64,000 bases of DNA, taken from assembly GCA_043812455.1 (NCBI GenBank), contig JBDRMB010000029.1, forward strand, positions 8,303 through 72,302. The letters are read 5' to 3'. Within the stretch, counting starts at the first letter, position 1. Every line of letters begins with the position of its first letter. Positions 1 through 8,690 of this stretch are shown here, piece by piece. The stretch comes from an archaeon. Its GTDB lineage: Archaea > Nanobdellota > Nanobdellia > Woesearchaeales > GW2011-AR9. The position numbers and the translations under genes are program-made. The notes beneath the pieces were generated by a model. The model was not told the DNA's origin. It did not search any database and was given only the letters and a program-made list of their open reading frames with translations.

Positions 1-934
1 CTACAAAGAAACCTTCAGTATCATTATCCTGTGGCCAGATTCTTAGCGTGTGTTTAACTTGAGGATTGTATATTGCTCCTTCAAATTCAGTTACTGGCTT
101 TCCAACTTTCAAACCCGGAAGAGTTATTTTTTCTAAAGTTGCGTTTGGAAAAGTTGTCAATAAATAGTCAATTACTCCTTCATTTTCTTCTGGTTCTAAA
201 GAACAAGTAGAATAAACCATTGTTCCACCAGGTTTAAGGTTATTGAATGCTGTAGTTGCTAATCGCTTTTGTTCTCGACAAATTTTCTTTACCATGCTCG
301 GATTCCAGATCCTTATTGTCTTCAAACTTTTCCTGATTGTTCCTGTACCAGAACAAGGTGCATCTACAAGAATCTTGTCAAATTGAAAATCTCTGAACCT
401 CGTACCGGACATTAAGGTTATGATTGTATTTGTCGCCCCACTGCGTTGTAGATTAATTCCTAACGGTTGTAACCTGATTCCTTGATAATCGTTAGCGATT
501 AACAGTCCTTTGTTTTGCATCATCGCTGCCATTTGTGTAGTTTTGCTTCCGGGAGAGGCACACATGTCCAGCACAATATCTCCCGGCTGTGGTTGTAACA
601 CTAACGGAGGTAGCATGCTGACAGCTTCCTGGATGTAAATTTTTCCAACGTGATGTTCCCAGAGATTACCTACATCTTTTCTATCAGTATGTCTGATCCA
701 GAACCCTTCTTTGCACCACGGAATGGGATCGAGAATCCATCCTTTTGCTTCGATAGATTCTTTGGTTTCTTTTATTGTGGTTTTTAATGTGTTAATTCTG
801 ATAGATCTTCTAAGGAATGATAATGAGAATGTTTTGAACTGTTCCCAATCTGTAAGTGCGGAATACCTTTTGATGAACCCTTCTTTGAATTCCATATCTT
901 CAGTGTTTGGTATTGGTGTTGGTTTTGATACCAT
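1..934 (-). CDS. NOL1/NOP2/Sun (RsmB/F) family RNA m5C methyltransferase, runs off the window edge
   Basis: Not in the ORF track. Manual minus-strand translation from ATG 934 gives IRINTLK, IYIQEAVSM, VLDMCASPGSKTTQ, ILVDAPCSGTG and MVYSTCS motifs. Confidence 0.92.
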   Translation of the reverse strand, partial: MVSKPTPIPNTEDMEFKEGFIKRYSALTDWEQFKTFSLSFLRRSIRINTLKTTIKETKESIEAKGWILDPIPWCKEGFWIRHTDRKDVGNLWEHHVGKIYIQEAVSMLPPLVLQPQPGDIVLDMCASPGSKTTQMAAMMQNKGLLIANDYQGIRLQPLGINLQRSGATNTIITLMSGTRFRDFQFDKILVDAPCSGTGTIRKSLKTIRIWNPSMVKKICREQKRLATTAFNNLKPGGTMVYSTCSLEPEENEGVIDYLLTTFPNATLEKITLPGLKVGKPVTEFEGAIYNPQVKHTLRIWPQDNDTEGFFV

Positions 935-1058
935 CTTTAGTACGATTTCTTACCACACTTAAATACATTTAGTTTATTTTAGACTACTTCAAAGTAGTTA
1001 CAAACCAAAAGATTTATAAAGAGAGTATGTTCTGGAATATGTATATTTTATACATAAA

Positions 1059-1202
1059 ATGAAACAGTTCACAATCACTAAAAAAATAGCAAAACATGGT
1101 AATCAAGCAATCATAGTTATACCTAGACTTATCGAGAAAGATCTTAAACCAGGAACTGTTGTTGAAGTAAAATTTAATATCCTGAAGGAGGCTAAAGAAT
1201 AA
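1059..1202 (+). CDS. 47-aa AbrB/MazE-like (swapped-hairpin) DNA-binding protein
   Basis: Manual translation MKQFTITKKIAKHGNQAIIVIPRLIEKDLKPGTVVEVKFNILKEAKE; its TAA overlaps the kinase ATG (TAATG). Confidence 0.75.
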   Translation: MKQFTITKKIAKHGNQAIIVIPRLIEKDLKPGTVVEVKFNILKEAKE

Positions 1203-3289
1203 TGGTAGCTCCAGACTTATTAGGACCAGTAAGAACAGTTGAAGATCTCATTAAACAATTATTGCCTTCTGAGAAATATAAAAATATTCAATTTTGGAAA
1301 TCTGGTGGAACAAGAGATCTTTACATGGCAGAATGGGGTCCAGGCAATGAAAAAAGAATTATTAAAGTAGACAAAAGTGAATTAGAAAGTCCTAGAGCTC
1401 AAAGACATGTTGAAAGAGGTTATGATACCTCTAATGATATCAGAGCTTTATCTGAGATATCAAACCCCGAAAGACACAACTTGATGCGTTTGGTTGATTA
1501 TTTTGATTTCAGCAAAACGCAAGGAATTACTGTTGCTGTTGAAAGACATTTTGAATCTCAATCTTTGGAAGAAAGAGTTCAAGATAAACCTTTAAAACTT
1601 AAAGAATTTGAAACTGTATTTTCGCAAGTGATTGAAGGTGCAAATTATTTCATTAACACTTGTGGAATGTACCATCGTGATCTAAAAGCTTCTAATATCC
1701 TAGTTAATGATGAACTAGAAGTCAGAATTACAGATTTTGCAAACGCTTGTAAGAAAAATGAAGTTCAGAAAAAATATATGCCAACTGCTGGCGGTCATTG
1801 GGTAAGTGATCCATTAGTTTTCTTCAATGGTTCTGAAAATGAATACAGAGAAACTTCAGAAATTTATGCAATTGGAACAGAGATGTTTTATGCTTTGACA
1901 GGGGAACATATTTTTGAGTATGATGCAGATAATGGTACAGGGATTTCTTGTTTTACAGGTGAAAGTTTACTTGATAAGAATGGTATTGTTGACAGAACAA
2001 GACATAATGCTACTTTAGATTATGCTCTCAAAAGATTACCATGGAGAATCAGAAGGAAATATGGTGAAGTTATCAAAAAAAGTTTAAGTTTGGATGACGA
2101 AGTAAGATATTCAAAAATCAGTGAATTGAAAAAAGATTTTGAAAATGAGAAAAATATGCCAAGTTGGTATCAGTATTTAACTTCAAGACTTATATTATCC
2201 TCACTATTGATTACGACAACTGGTTTTGCAATTGGTGGTGTTGGAATAATGCATCACTTAGAAAAAAAACTTGAAGAAACTCAAGCAGTTGCAGAAGAAA
2301 ATGCCAAATATTATGTCAAGCCAGAATGGGATGGCTTAAATCTTGAAATTAATAACAATCTTACAGAACTTGATTTAAAATTGTACATTCTTAATCGCAA
2401 AGGTCTTGATAATGATAGAGATTATGATAATTATCCCGAGTCTCATTTCCTAAAAGTTAACCCTGGAGAAAAATTGTCAGGATCAATTTCTTTTAGAGAA
2501 GTGGCGGGAGCCGATAATGGTGCTCTTGGACAGTGCAATGTTTCATTCTTCACTAGAGTATACATCGAAGGTTTTCCTGCTCAAGAGGAGTTTTATGTTC
2601 ATACAAGAGATCATGATAATTCTATAATTTATGGTATGGGAGCTATGGGATTGTACCAATTTCCAAACATTATTATTCCTGAGAACTTGCCTGACGGAAC
2701 TTATAATTTAATCATAGAGGCTTACTCTCCAAAAGATGATTCATATTTAAATGATAATATTATTGATGGTATGGAGAACTTAAGGTTCGATGAGTTCAGT
2801 CAGATTATACTAAGAAATCGTGTTCCTATAGTTGTTGGAAATCCTGAAGCTTTTGTGTCTGCAGAATATATGCGTGGAGATCTTGGACCAGCTATCCAAA
2901 TAAATAATCTGATAAGGAATCGTTATCATACCCCTGAGAATCTTTCAGGTAACTTAACATTTGAATTAGATTTGCTTGGAACTGACTATCACAAAGAATT
3001 TACTCCTCAAGGTCATTATGGTTCTTTATGGTTACCAAAAAAAGACAATCCAGAAGAACGGATATTACAAATAGTCACTCAGGACTCTGAAGGAGAAATG
3101 ATTTATTATACTTTTATCCCCATGGTTAATGAAATCCTTAACGAAGAAACTAGATATTCGCAATGGCGGCCAGGAATCCCAGGACCAGAATTCTACGAAA
3201 CTACAATTAAGTTAGGTCAAGCGTTGCGAGGAGAATCACATGATGAGCCCAGAGAGGGGACTGTTGGCCAGGTAGAAGTTCCTAATTGA
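1202..3289 (+). CDS. Membrane-anchored Hanks-type Ser/Thr protein kinase with large C-terminal extracytoplasmic region
   Basis: Gly-loop SGGTRDLY, IIK, HRDLKASNIL, ITDFA; hydrophobic segment LILSSLLITTTGFAIGGVGIM near aa 330-350; beta-rich C-terminus. Confidence 0.88.
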   Translation: MVAPDLLGPVRTVEDLIKQLLPSEKYKNIQFWKSGGTRDLYMAEWGPGNEKRIIKVDKSELESPRAQRHVERGYDTSNDIRALSEISNPERHNLMRLVDYFDFSKTQGITVAVERHFESQSLEERVQDKPLKLKEFETVFSQVIEGANYFINTCGMYHRDLKASNILVNDELEVRITDFANACKKNEVQKKYMPTAGGHWVSDPLVFFNGSENEYRETSEIYAIGTEMFYALTGEHIFEYDADNGTGISCFTGESLLDKNGIVDRTRHNATLDYALKRLPWRIRRKYGEVIKKSLSLDDEVRYSKISELKKDFENEKNMPSWYQYLTSRLILSSLLITTTGFAIGGVGIMHHLEKKLEETQAVAEENAKYYVKPEWDGLNLEINNNLTELDLKLYILNRKGLDNDRDYDNYPESHFLKVNPGEKLSGSISFREVAGADNGALGQCNVSFFTRVYIEGFPAQEEFYVHTRDHDNSIIYGMGAMGLYQFPNIIIPENLPDGTYNLIIEAYSPKDDSYLNDNIIDGMENLRFDEFSQIILRNRVPIVVGNPEAFVSAEYMRGDLGPAIQINNLIRNRYHTPENLSGNLTFELDLLGTDYHKEFTPQGHYGSLWLPKKDNPEERILQIVTQDSEGEMIYYTFIPMVNEILNEETRYSQWRPGIPGPEFYETTIKLGQALRGESHDEPREGTVGQVEVPN

Positions 3290-4141
3290 AGCCATTAGAT
3301 GGTATACCATTAATGCTTCTTTACCTGTTTTCTTTTTCAGAAGGTTATATCCATCCCAATACAACAACTCTTTTTCTTTTTCGTGAACTTTTGCCAAAAG
3401 ATGAATGTCTTTGTTAAGATAAGACTTTTTTATAATTTCAAATATTTCTTGATTATCTTCTAAAAGTTTAATAATTTCCTTTGAAATGGGTATTTTACTG
3501 GTTAACAATTTACTGTTCAAATGATAAATTTCCCTTTGCCCTTGATTAATCAAAGTCATGAATGCCCATAAGAATTCAGAATTGTCTGCCTGAATTCTTT
3601 TTTTTGAAATAACTCTCCTACAAAAATTGTCAAATCTTTGTATTCTTTCTTCAACCTCAATAAATTCGTCATTCTTTACGTTACCGTTAATTCTATCTTT
3701 TGTTATTTCAAACAGTTCAGTAATATTATATAATATTTTTTTGAAGATTGTATCAAATTGGTCTGCAGTCGGTTCAGTTATATTTTCTATTGTGCAATAT
3801 CCCTTAGCTTTCTTTACAATTTCAAAACCCAATAGTCTTGTTTTTGTCACTTCGTTAAGAATTTTGAATTGAGATGGTTTGTCGTAAAATACTTTGACTT
3901 TATCGTAACCTCTTCGATAAGTGTTTGTAATTAATGTTCTTATTGATGATTCTGTTAAGTTTACTAATTTAATTTCTATTTCTGATTTAGTTTCAATTCC
4001 ACTTATTGAAATGATAAGGTTATTTCCAACCGCTTCGATATCAATCTCTGAACCTTTTTGGGCTTTGTTTTCTTTAACCCATTTGCTAGGTAAGCTGATC
4101 ATTAAAGTGCTTGTTCCTTGTTTTACTAGCTTTCTTCGCAT
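3236..4141 (-). CDS. AbrB-domain/PhoU-like transcriptional regulator
   Basis: N-terminus MRRKLVKQGTSTLMISLPSKWVK, Y..GYD.V motif, helical PhoU-like C-terminus. Confidence 0.85.
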   Translation of the reverse strand: MRRKLVKQGTSTLMISLPSKWVKENKAQKGSEIDIEAVGNNLIISISGIETKSEIEIKLVNLTESSIRTLITNTYRRGYDKVKVFYDKPSQFKILNEVTKTRLLGFEIVKKAKGYCTIENITEPTADQFDTIFKKILYNITELFEITKDRINGNVKNDEFIEVEERIQRFDNFCRRVISKKRIQADNSEFLWAFMTLINQGQREIYHLNSKLLTSKIPISKEIIKLLEDNQEIFEIIKKSYLNKDIHLLAKVHEKEKELLYWDGYNLLKKKTGKEALMVYHLMASIRNFYLANSPLSGLIM

Positions 4142-4180
4142 AGGTTGTTATTGTTTGGTGTATTTTTAAAACTTTTGCCA

Positions 4181-4234
4181 AAGTTTAAACATTTAAACTA
4201 AAATATATAGTTTAAACATAAAGTTTAAACATTT
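4181..4234. promoter_or_regulatory. Three GTTTAAAC palindromes in a divergent promoter (candidate operator array)
   Basis: GTTTAAAC at 4183, 4210 and 4223, plus ATTTAAAC at 4191; AAGTTTAAACATTT occurs twice. Confidence 0.55.
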
Positions 4235-4278
4235 CTTTCCAAAAACATTGTAACTACAAAAGAGTAAGAACACAAAAG

Positions 4279-5427
4279 GTGAGAACAATGAAATTAGAGA
4301 AAATACTTAACACAATCAAAAGAAAAATTACAGCACCATTAATTGCTGGTGCTTTAACAGTTGGTGCAATGATGCCAGCTTATGCTGCCGAGCAAGAATC
4401 AGTGGAAGCAGCCCAGGAAGATCCCAAAAAAACTGATGAATCATTTTTTCAAGGAAACTTAATCGGTTCAAACATTGATAACATAGTAACATTTAATCAT
4501 GATAACGGAGGAAGAGTACATTATGAAGCTGTCAACAGCCCATGGCAAGAAGTTCCTCAAAGTGATCATAGTTTAGGATTAAGAACTCCTTCTATTGCAG
4601 GAAAAGTCAGATTAAGTGGAACTTTAGATGCAAGTATTAGCTCTGAGAATTACCTAGGTGCTACTGAAATGGTTGAAGTTCTACCAGCAGATAATGTAAT
4701 TATTAGAGCTGGCGGAATTCAAAGTACTAGTGGCAAAATGGGAGGATTTGCAGGAGCAAAATTTACTCCAGAACATTTTACTGCAGATTTTGAAGCTTGG
4801 TATGACGGTACTAAATTTGACACTCACGGTTTCATTGCAGGAATAATTCCTGTAGGTAACGGAGAATTGTACCTAAGTATTGGTGGAGAATTAGGAGAGC
4901 GTGATATCAATACCACCAATGGTTGGTATAACGTTGGCGGAACAGGAATCTTTACTGGAACACACTTTGATATTGACAATAACACTCAAAGCTTGAAAGC
5001 AATAATTGTTCCAAAAGGTTACAGCAGAGGAAGAGGATTTAACGACTTTTATAGCCATATCAATAACAGAACAGAAATGCGAGCAGTAACTACTGGTTTT
5101 GTACAGGATAGTTGGGCACCTTTCGACGCTTTTGCTGTAGATGGTGAAAAAGGTCATGCAGCTGTTGCAGTGTATGCAAACAATAGTGAAGAAGCTATTG
5201 GTGGAAAAGCTCATCTTTATGTCAGACCGATACCACAAATATTCTTGGGAGTTGGTGCAGGATATTCTTATGACAAAGTTGCTGAAGAACATAATCCAAA
5301 CTTAGTTTTGGAAGCTTACGGTGCCGTACCTGGCACACCAGTAGAAGGTTGGATTACCATGGACCAGAACTTACGTACTGGCGAGCCTAATGTTACAGGT
5401 TATGTTGGTTTTGTGAACAAGTTTTAG
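4279..5427 (+). CDS. Secreted Gly/aromatic-rich all-beta protein, possible beta-barrel
   Basis: Signal peptide ending AYA-A; many short amphipathic strands; ends GYVGFVNKF. Confidence 0.6.
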   Translation: MRTMKLEKILNTIKRKITAPLIAGALTVGAMMPAYAAEQESVEAAQEDPKKTDESFFQGNLIGSNIDNIVTFNHDNGGRVHYEAVNSPWQEVPQSDHSLGLRTPSIAGKVRLSGTLDASISSENYLGATEMVEVLPADNVIIRAGGIQSTSGKMGGFAGAKFTPEHFTADFEAWYDGTKFDTHGFIAGIIPVGNGELYLSIGGELGERDINTTNGWYNVGGTGIFTGTHFDIDNNTQSLKAIIVPKGYSRGRGFNDFYSHINNRTEMRAVTTGFVQDSWAPFDAFAVDGEKGHAAVAVYANNSEEAIGGKAHLYVRPIPQIFLGVGAGYSYDKVAEEHNPNLVLEAYGAVPGTPVEGWITMDQNLRTGEPNVTGYVGFVNKF

Positions 5428-6054
5428 GTGGAGAAAATGAATAGTAGAGATTGGGGACATTTTTGTTTTGGAGCTGCAGCAACACTAGGTTTAGGGATTG
5501 CAGCTTTTTCATATGTATCTTTTAGAGATAATCTTAACGTTGATAAAGATTATTACAAGAAAGGAGAACTCGAAATTGTTGTTAGTGATGTTGATAATGA
5601 TGGGGAGAGGGAAACTAACTTAATAGTAATTGACGAATACATTCGAGTTCCTTTAACCCATGATAATGTTAGAAGAAACTTTCCTGAAAAAGCAAATGAA
5701 AGACAAATTGAGAGAACTTACATGTTAAAAGAGTCAGGAACTCTTGATGATGGTACCAGACTTGGTAAACTTGGTGCTAGAAAGTTTGTGATAAATAATG
5801 TCAACTTGCCAATATCTCCTGGTTTTCATGAATTCATAGAATTAGATAACGGTGCTTATATTGGAAAATTAGGTGCTATGAGATATTTGCTTGATAAAGA
5901 TTGGAGTCCTACTTCTGCTGGATATCATGAAATAATTCCTAACAGTACAGGATATGATTCTATACTTGGCCAATGTCATTATACTTTAAGTTTGAAAGGA
6001 GAAATTCGGACCGCAAGTTCTGAAAAATGTAAACAATTACCAGAGAGTTATTAG
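5428..6054 (+). CDS. Membrane-anchored DxDxDG-motif protein with C-terminal short repeats
   Basis: N-terminal TM; DVDNDGERET..VPLT.DN motif shared with 57892 and 58197; repeats GKLGA.(K/R)(F/Y)...P.S.G(F/Y)HE. Confidence 0.7.
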   Translation: MEKMNSRDWGHFCFGAAATLGLGIAAFSYVSFRDNLNVDKDYYKKGELEIVVSDVDNDGERETNLIVIDEYIRVPLTHDNVRRNFPEKANERQIERTYMLKESGTLDDGTRLGKLGARKFVINNVNLPISPGFHEFIELDNGAYIGKLGAMRYLLDKDWSPTSAGYHEIIPNSTGYDSILGQCHYTLSLKGEIRTASSEKCKQLPESY

Positions 6055-6055
6055 A

Positions 6056-6910
6056 ATGAAAAACCTTGAACTTATGACAAAATATTCTACTGGAAAACCT
6101 TTTTGGGAATCTCATAGTCCATACTACCAACCAGATTTCATTGAGGAATTGAGCCAATTACCAGAAGGCCCAGTTCTAGACGCGGGTTGTAGTGCTGGAT
6201 ATGATCACTTGGGTCTTCAAGATATTACTAAAAGAGAAATAATTGGGATTGATACAAATCCAAAAGCAATTGAAGAAGCAATTAAAAAAAGTCCAACTGG
6301 CACATTCTTTCGAAGAGATATTCAGGATACCAGTTTCAAAGATGAAACCTTTGCAGCGGTTTATATGATAAATGTTGCTCATTATCTTGATGACCAAGCA
6401 AAAGCCCTAAATGAAATGTACCGTGTATTAAAAACAGGAGGATATCTCTATATTCATTTTAATACAGAAATTATTGATAACGAAGGTAATATAGATTATC
6501 AACAAAGTGAAGAAGAAATTTCTGATTTAATTGAAAATTCTAAATTTCAGGTAGTATCTAAGAAAAATTTTACTAGAAGCGACCAGTTTCCAATACCACA
6601 TAAACATTCTGCAATCAAATATCTTCTCAAAAAAGAAGCTGAAAAAGAAAAGAAAAAAGTTAGTAAGCTTGGCACAGCTGTAATGATTGGAGCATTTGCC
6701 TTACTTTCTCAAATTGGTGGAAACCTTGCTATATATCAAAACCTAACAATCGAACTAAACAAGGGAGTAACAAAAGAAGAGATTGAAGCTAATTATTGTG
6801 GTAATGATCATGGTTTTGAGGAAGGTAGTTTACTTTGTCAATCTTTTTGGTACTTATCCGCACCAGCAAGGGAATTAGCTTATTGGAATCATGAGAGGAA
6901 AGAAAAATGA
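6056..6910 (+). CDS. Class I SAM-dependent methyltransferase with a C-terminal hydrophobic segment
   Basis: VLDAGCSAG, IIGID, EMYRVLKTGG; hydrophobic LGTAVMIGAFALL segment. Confidence 0.85.
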   Translation: MKNLELMTKYSTGKPFWESHSPYYQPDFIEELSQLPEGPVLDAGCSAGYDHLGLQDITKREIIGIDTNPKAIEEAIKKSPTGTFFRRDIQDTSFKDETFAAVYMINVAHYLDDQAKALNEMYRVLKTGGYLYIHFNTEIIDNEGNIDYQQSEEEISDLIENSKFQVVSKKNFTRSDQFPIPHKHSAIKYLLKKEAEKEKKKVSKLGTAVMIGAFALLSQIGGNLAIYQNLTIELNKGVTKEEIEANYCGNDHGFEEGSLLCQSFWYLSAPARELAYWNHERKEK

Positions 6911-7269
6911 AACCACGGAACGGTTGGGATTGGATAGAAACAACACTGGACGGAGAGTATAATGAAAACAAACAAATTGTAGTTGAGTTTTACTTCCGTA
7001 TGTTCTCAGAAGAATGTTGGAGTCGCAGAGTACCGTCATCGTATAGAGGAATTATCAGAAAAATTGGAGATCATTATTTATCATATTATATTGAATCCTC
7101 AGATGAAAAAACATATACAGATATTGATCACGATTTGCCAACAGCAGCTAGAAATATGTACCAACACATGAAAGAAAAATGCGATACACTTGCTGAGGAA
7201 AAAATAAGATTTATCGAAAGTATTGATGACAAATTAAGAGAAATTCTGGAGGGAGAAAATGAAACTTGA
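6907..7269 (+). CDS. Hypothetical protein
   Basis: 120-aa ORF overlapping both neighbours in an operon-like arrangement. Confidence 0.6.
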   Translation: MKPRNGWDWIETTLDGEYNENKQIVVEFYFRMFSEECWSRRVPSSYRGIIRKIGDHYLSYYIESSDEKTYTDIDHDLPTAARNMYQHMKEKCDTLAEEKIRFIESIDDKLREILEGENET

Positions 7270-7558
7270 ACAAGAAGATTTAGGAAAATGGATTGCTGTT
7301 ACTTTTAACCCACAAAAATTATCTGATGAAGATGTCGAATCGCAAAGAATACCTTATAGTTCTGTAATTGATTATGAATTGAGAGAAAAAGATGAAGAAT
7401 TTGAAAGATTCTTTGAACAGATTCCAACAGCAGGGATAGCAATGCCTGTAGTTGACAGTGTTAACCCATATTATGTCGGAAAACATTTAGGCGCAAGTAG
7501 AGGTATAATAAGAGGAAAATTAGAAGAAATTACAGACACTTACTTCAAATTAAAATAA
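7259..7558 (+). CDS. Hypothetical protein
   Basis: 99-aa ORF preceded by GGAGGG; co-oriented with neighbours. Confidence 0.6.
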   Translation: MKLEQEDLGKWIAVTFNPQKLSDEDVESQRIPYSSVIDYELREKDEEFERFFEQIPTAGIAMPVVDSVNPYYVGKHLGASRGIIRGKLEEITDTYFKLK

Positions 7559-7605
7559 AGCTTTAATCCATAAACTTTTAAAACTCCCGCGCACAAAACC
7601 AGTAC

Positions 7606-8529
7606 ATGACCAAAATATCGCTGATTGGTGCTGGTAACCTGGGAGCATCAATTGCATACGAAATTGCTACTAGAAACCTCGCAGATGAACTTGTTCTTGT
7701 AGATATTGCTAAAGAATTGTGTTGCGGTCAAGCAATGGACATTCAACAAGCCCTGCCGTTTAAGAACAAGACCAAAGTTTATGATGGAGATTATCCAAAC
7801 ATAGCAAATTCTGACATTATTGTAATTACTGCCGGCAAACCAAGAACACCAGACATGACAGACAGACTACAATTAGCTAAAATTAACATCAAAATCATGA
7901 ATAGTGTGTTAGAACAAATCAAACACCACTCCCCTAACTCAATTATTATTACAATTAGTAACCCATTAGATATTATCAATCATCACATTCACAAGTTTGG
8001 ATTTGACCGGCACAAAGTTATTGGTTCTAGTTCACAATTAGATTCTGCGCGGTTCAGAACTGTACTGGGCCATCCTGACAAAAAAGTTGAAGCTTATGTT
8101 ATTGGCGAACATGGTAATGATCAAGTTCCAGTATTCAGTAAAGTTAAGATTAACGGAGAACTAAAACAATTTACAGATGAAGAAAAACAATCTCTCAAAG
8201 AACAATTAAAATATTCTTCTCTTTGTGTGATTGAAAAGAAAGGTTGTACAGTTTTTGCTCCTACTTCAAACACAGTAGATTTAGTGGAAGCTATTGTTAA
8301 AGATCAAAACAAACTGGTAGTATGCTCAACAAACTTAGAAAATGATTACTATTGCAGTGACGTTTCTTTAGGAGTTCCAGTTATCTTAAACAAAAATGGA
8401 ATAAAAGAAGTTGTGGAATGGGACCTAAGCGCAGAAGAATTAGAACAGTTCAGGGCAGCCGCCAAAAAACTACAAGATTTCTATCAAGAACTTACAGAAT
8501 CAGTAGAAGTAGCACCAATACACGAGTGA
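7606..8529 (+). CDS. mdh: LDH-like malate/lactate dehydrogenase
   Basis: IGAGNLG, ITAGKPRTPDM, SNPLD, LDSARF, GEHG; Pro in the PR.P loop favours malate specificity. Confidence 0.9.
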   Translation: MTKISLIGAGNLGASIAYEIATRNLADELVLVDIAKELCCGQAMDIQQALPFKNKTKVYDGDYPNIANSDIIVITAGKPRTPDMTDRLQLAKINIKIMNSVLEQIKHHSPNSIIITISNPLDIINHHIHKFGFDRHKVIGSSSQLDSARFRTVLGHPDKKVEAYVIGEHGNDQVPVFSKVKINGELKQFTDEEKQSLKEQLKYSSLCVIEKKGCTVFAPTSNTVDLVEAIVKDQNKLVVCSTNLENDYYCSDVSLGVPVILNKNGIKEVVEWDLSAEELEQFRAAAKKLQDFYQELTESVEVAPIHE

Positions 8530-8548
8530 TATATAGATTAACATATTG

Positions 8549-8625
8549 GTTGCGGGAGGTGTTGCTCCTTACGGGAGGGCACCGCACTCGATTAACACTT
8601 AGAAAAAGCGAGTCCGCGCTACTCT
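8549..8625. repeat. GC-rich hairpin element, degenerate member of the GAGG-G-TGC-CC-TACGGGA repeat family
   Basis: GGAGGTGTTGCTCCTTACGGGA resembles the cores at ~11693 and ~43611; flanked by TGCGG/CCGCA and ACTCG/CGAGT stems. Confidence 0.5.
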
Positions 8626-8690
8626 CTAAGCAAATCATAACCAAAGATATTTAAACATCTAATTCTTCTCAAATATATTACACTTAAGAG

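Noticed and set aside
711..962. 83-aa plus-strand ORF, and the many other short antisense or nested ORFs in the track
   Set aside because: They are shadows of well-supported genes on the other strand or frame, with no motifs.
8549..8625. GC-rich ~77-nt stretch as a tRNA
   Set aside because: No cloverleaf, T-loop GTTC or acceptor stem found on either strand; it matches the repeat core instead.
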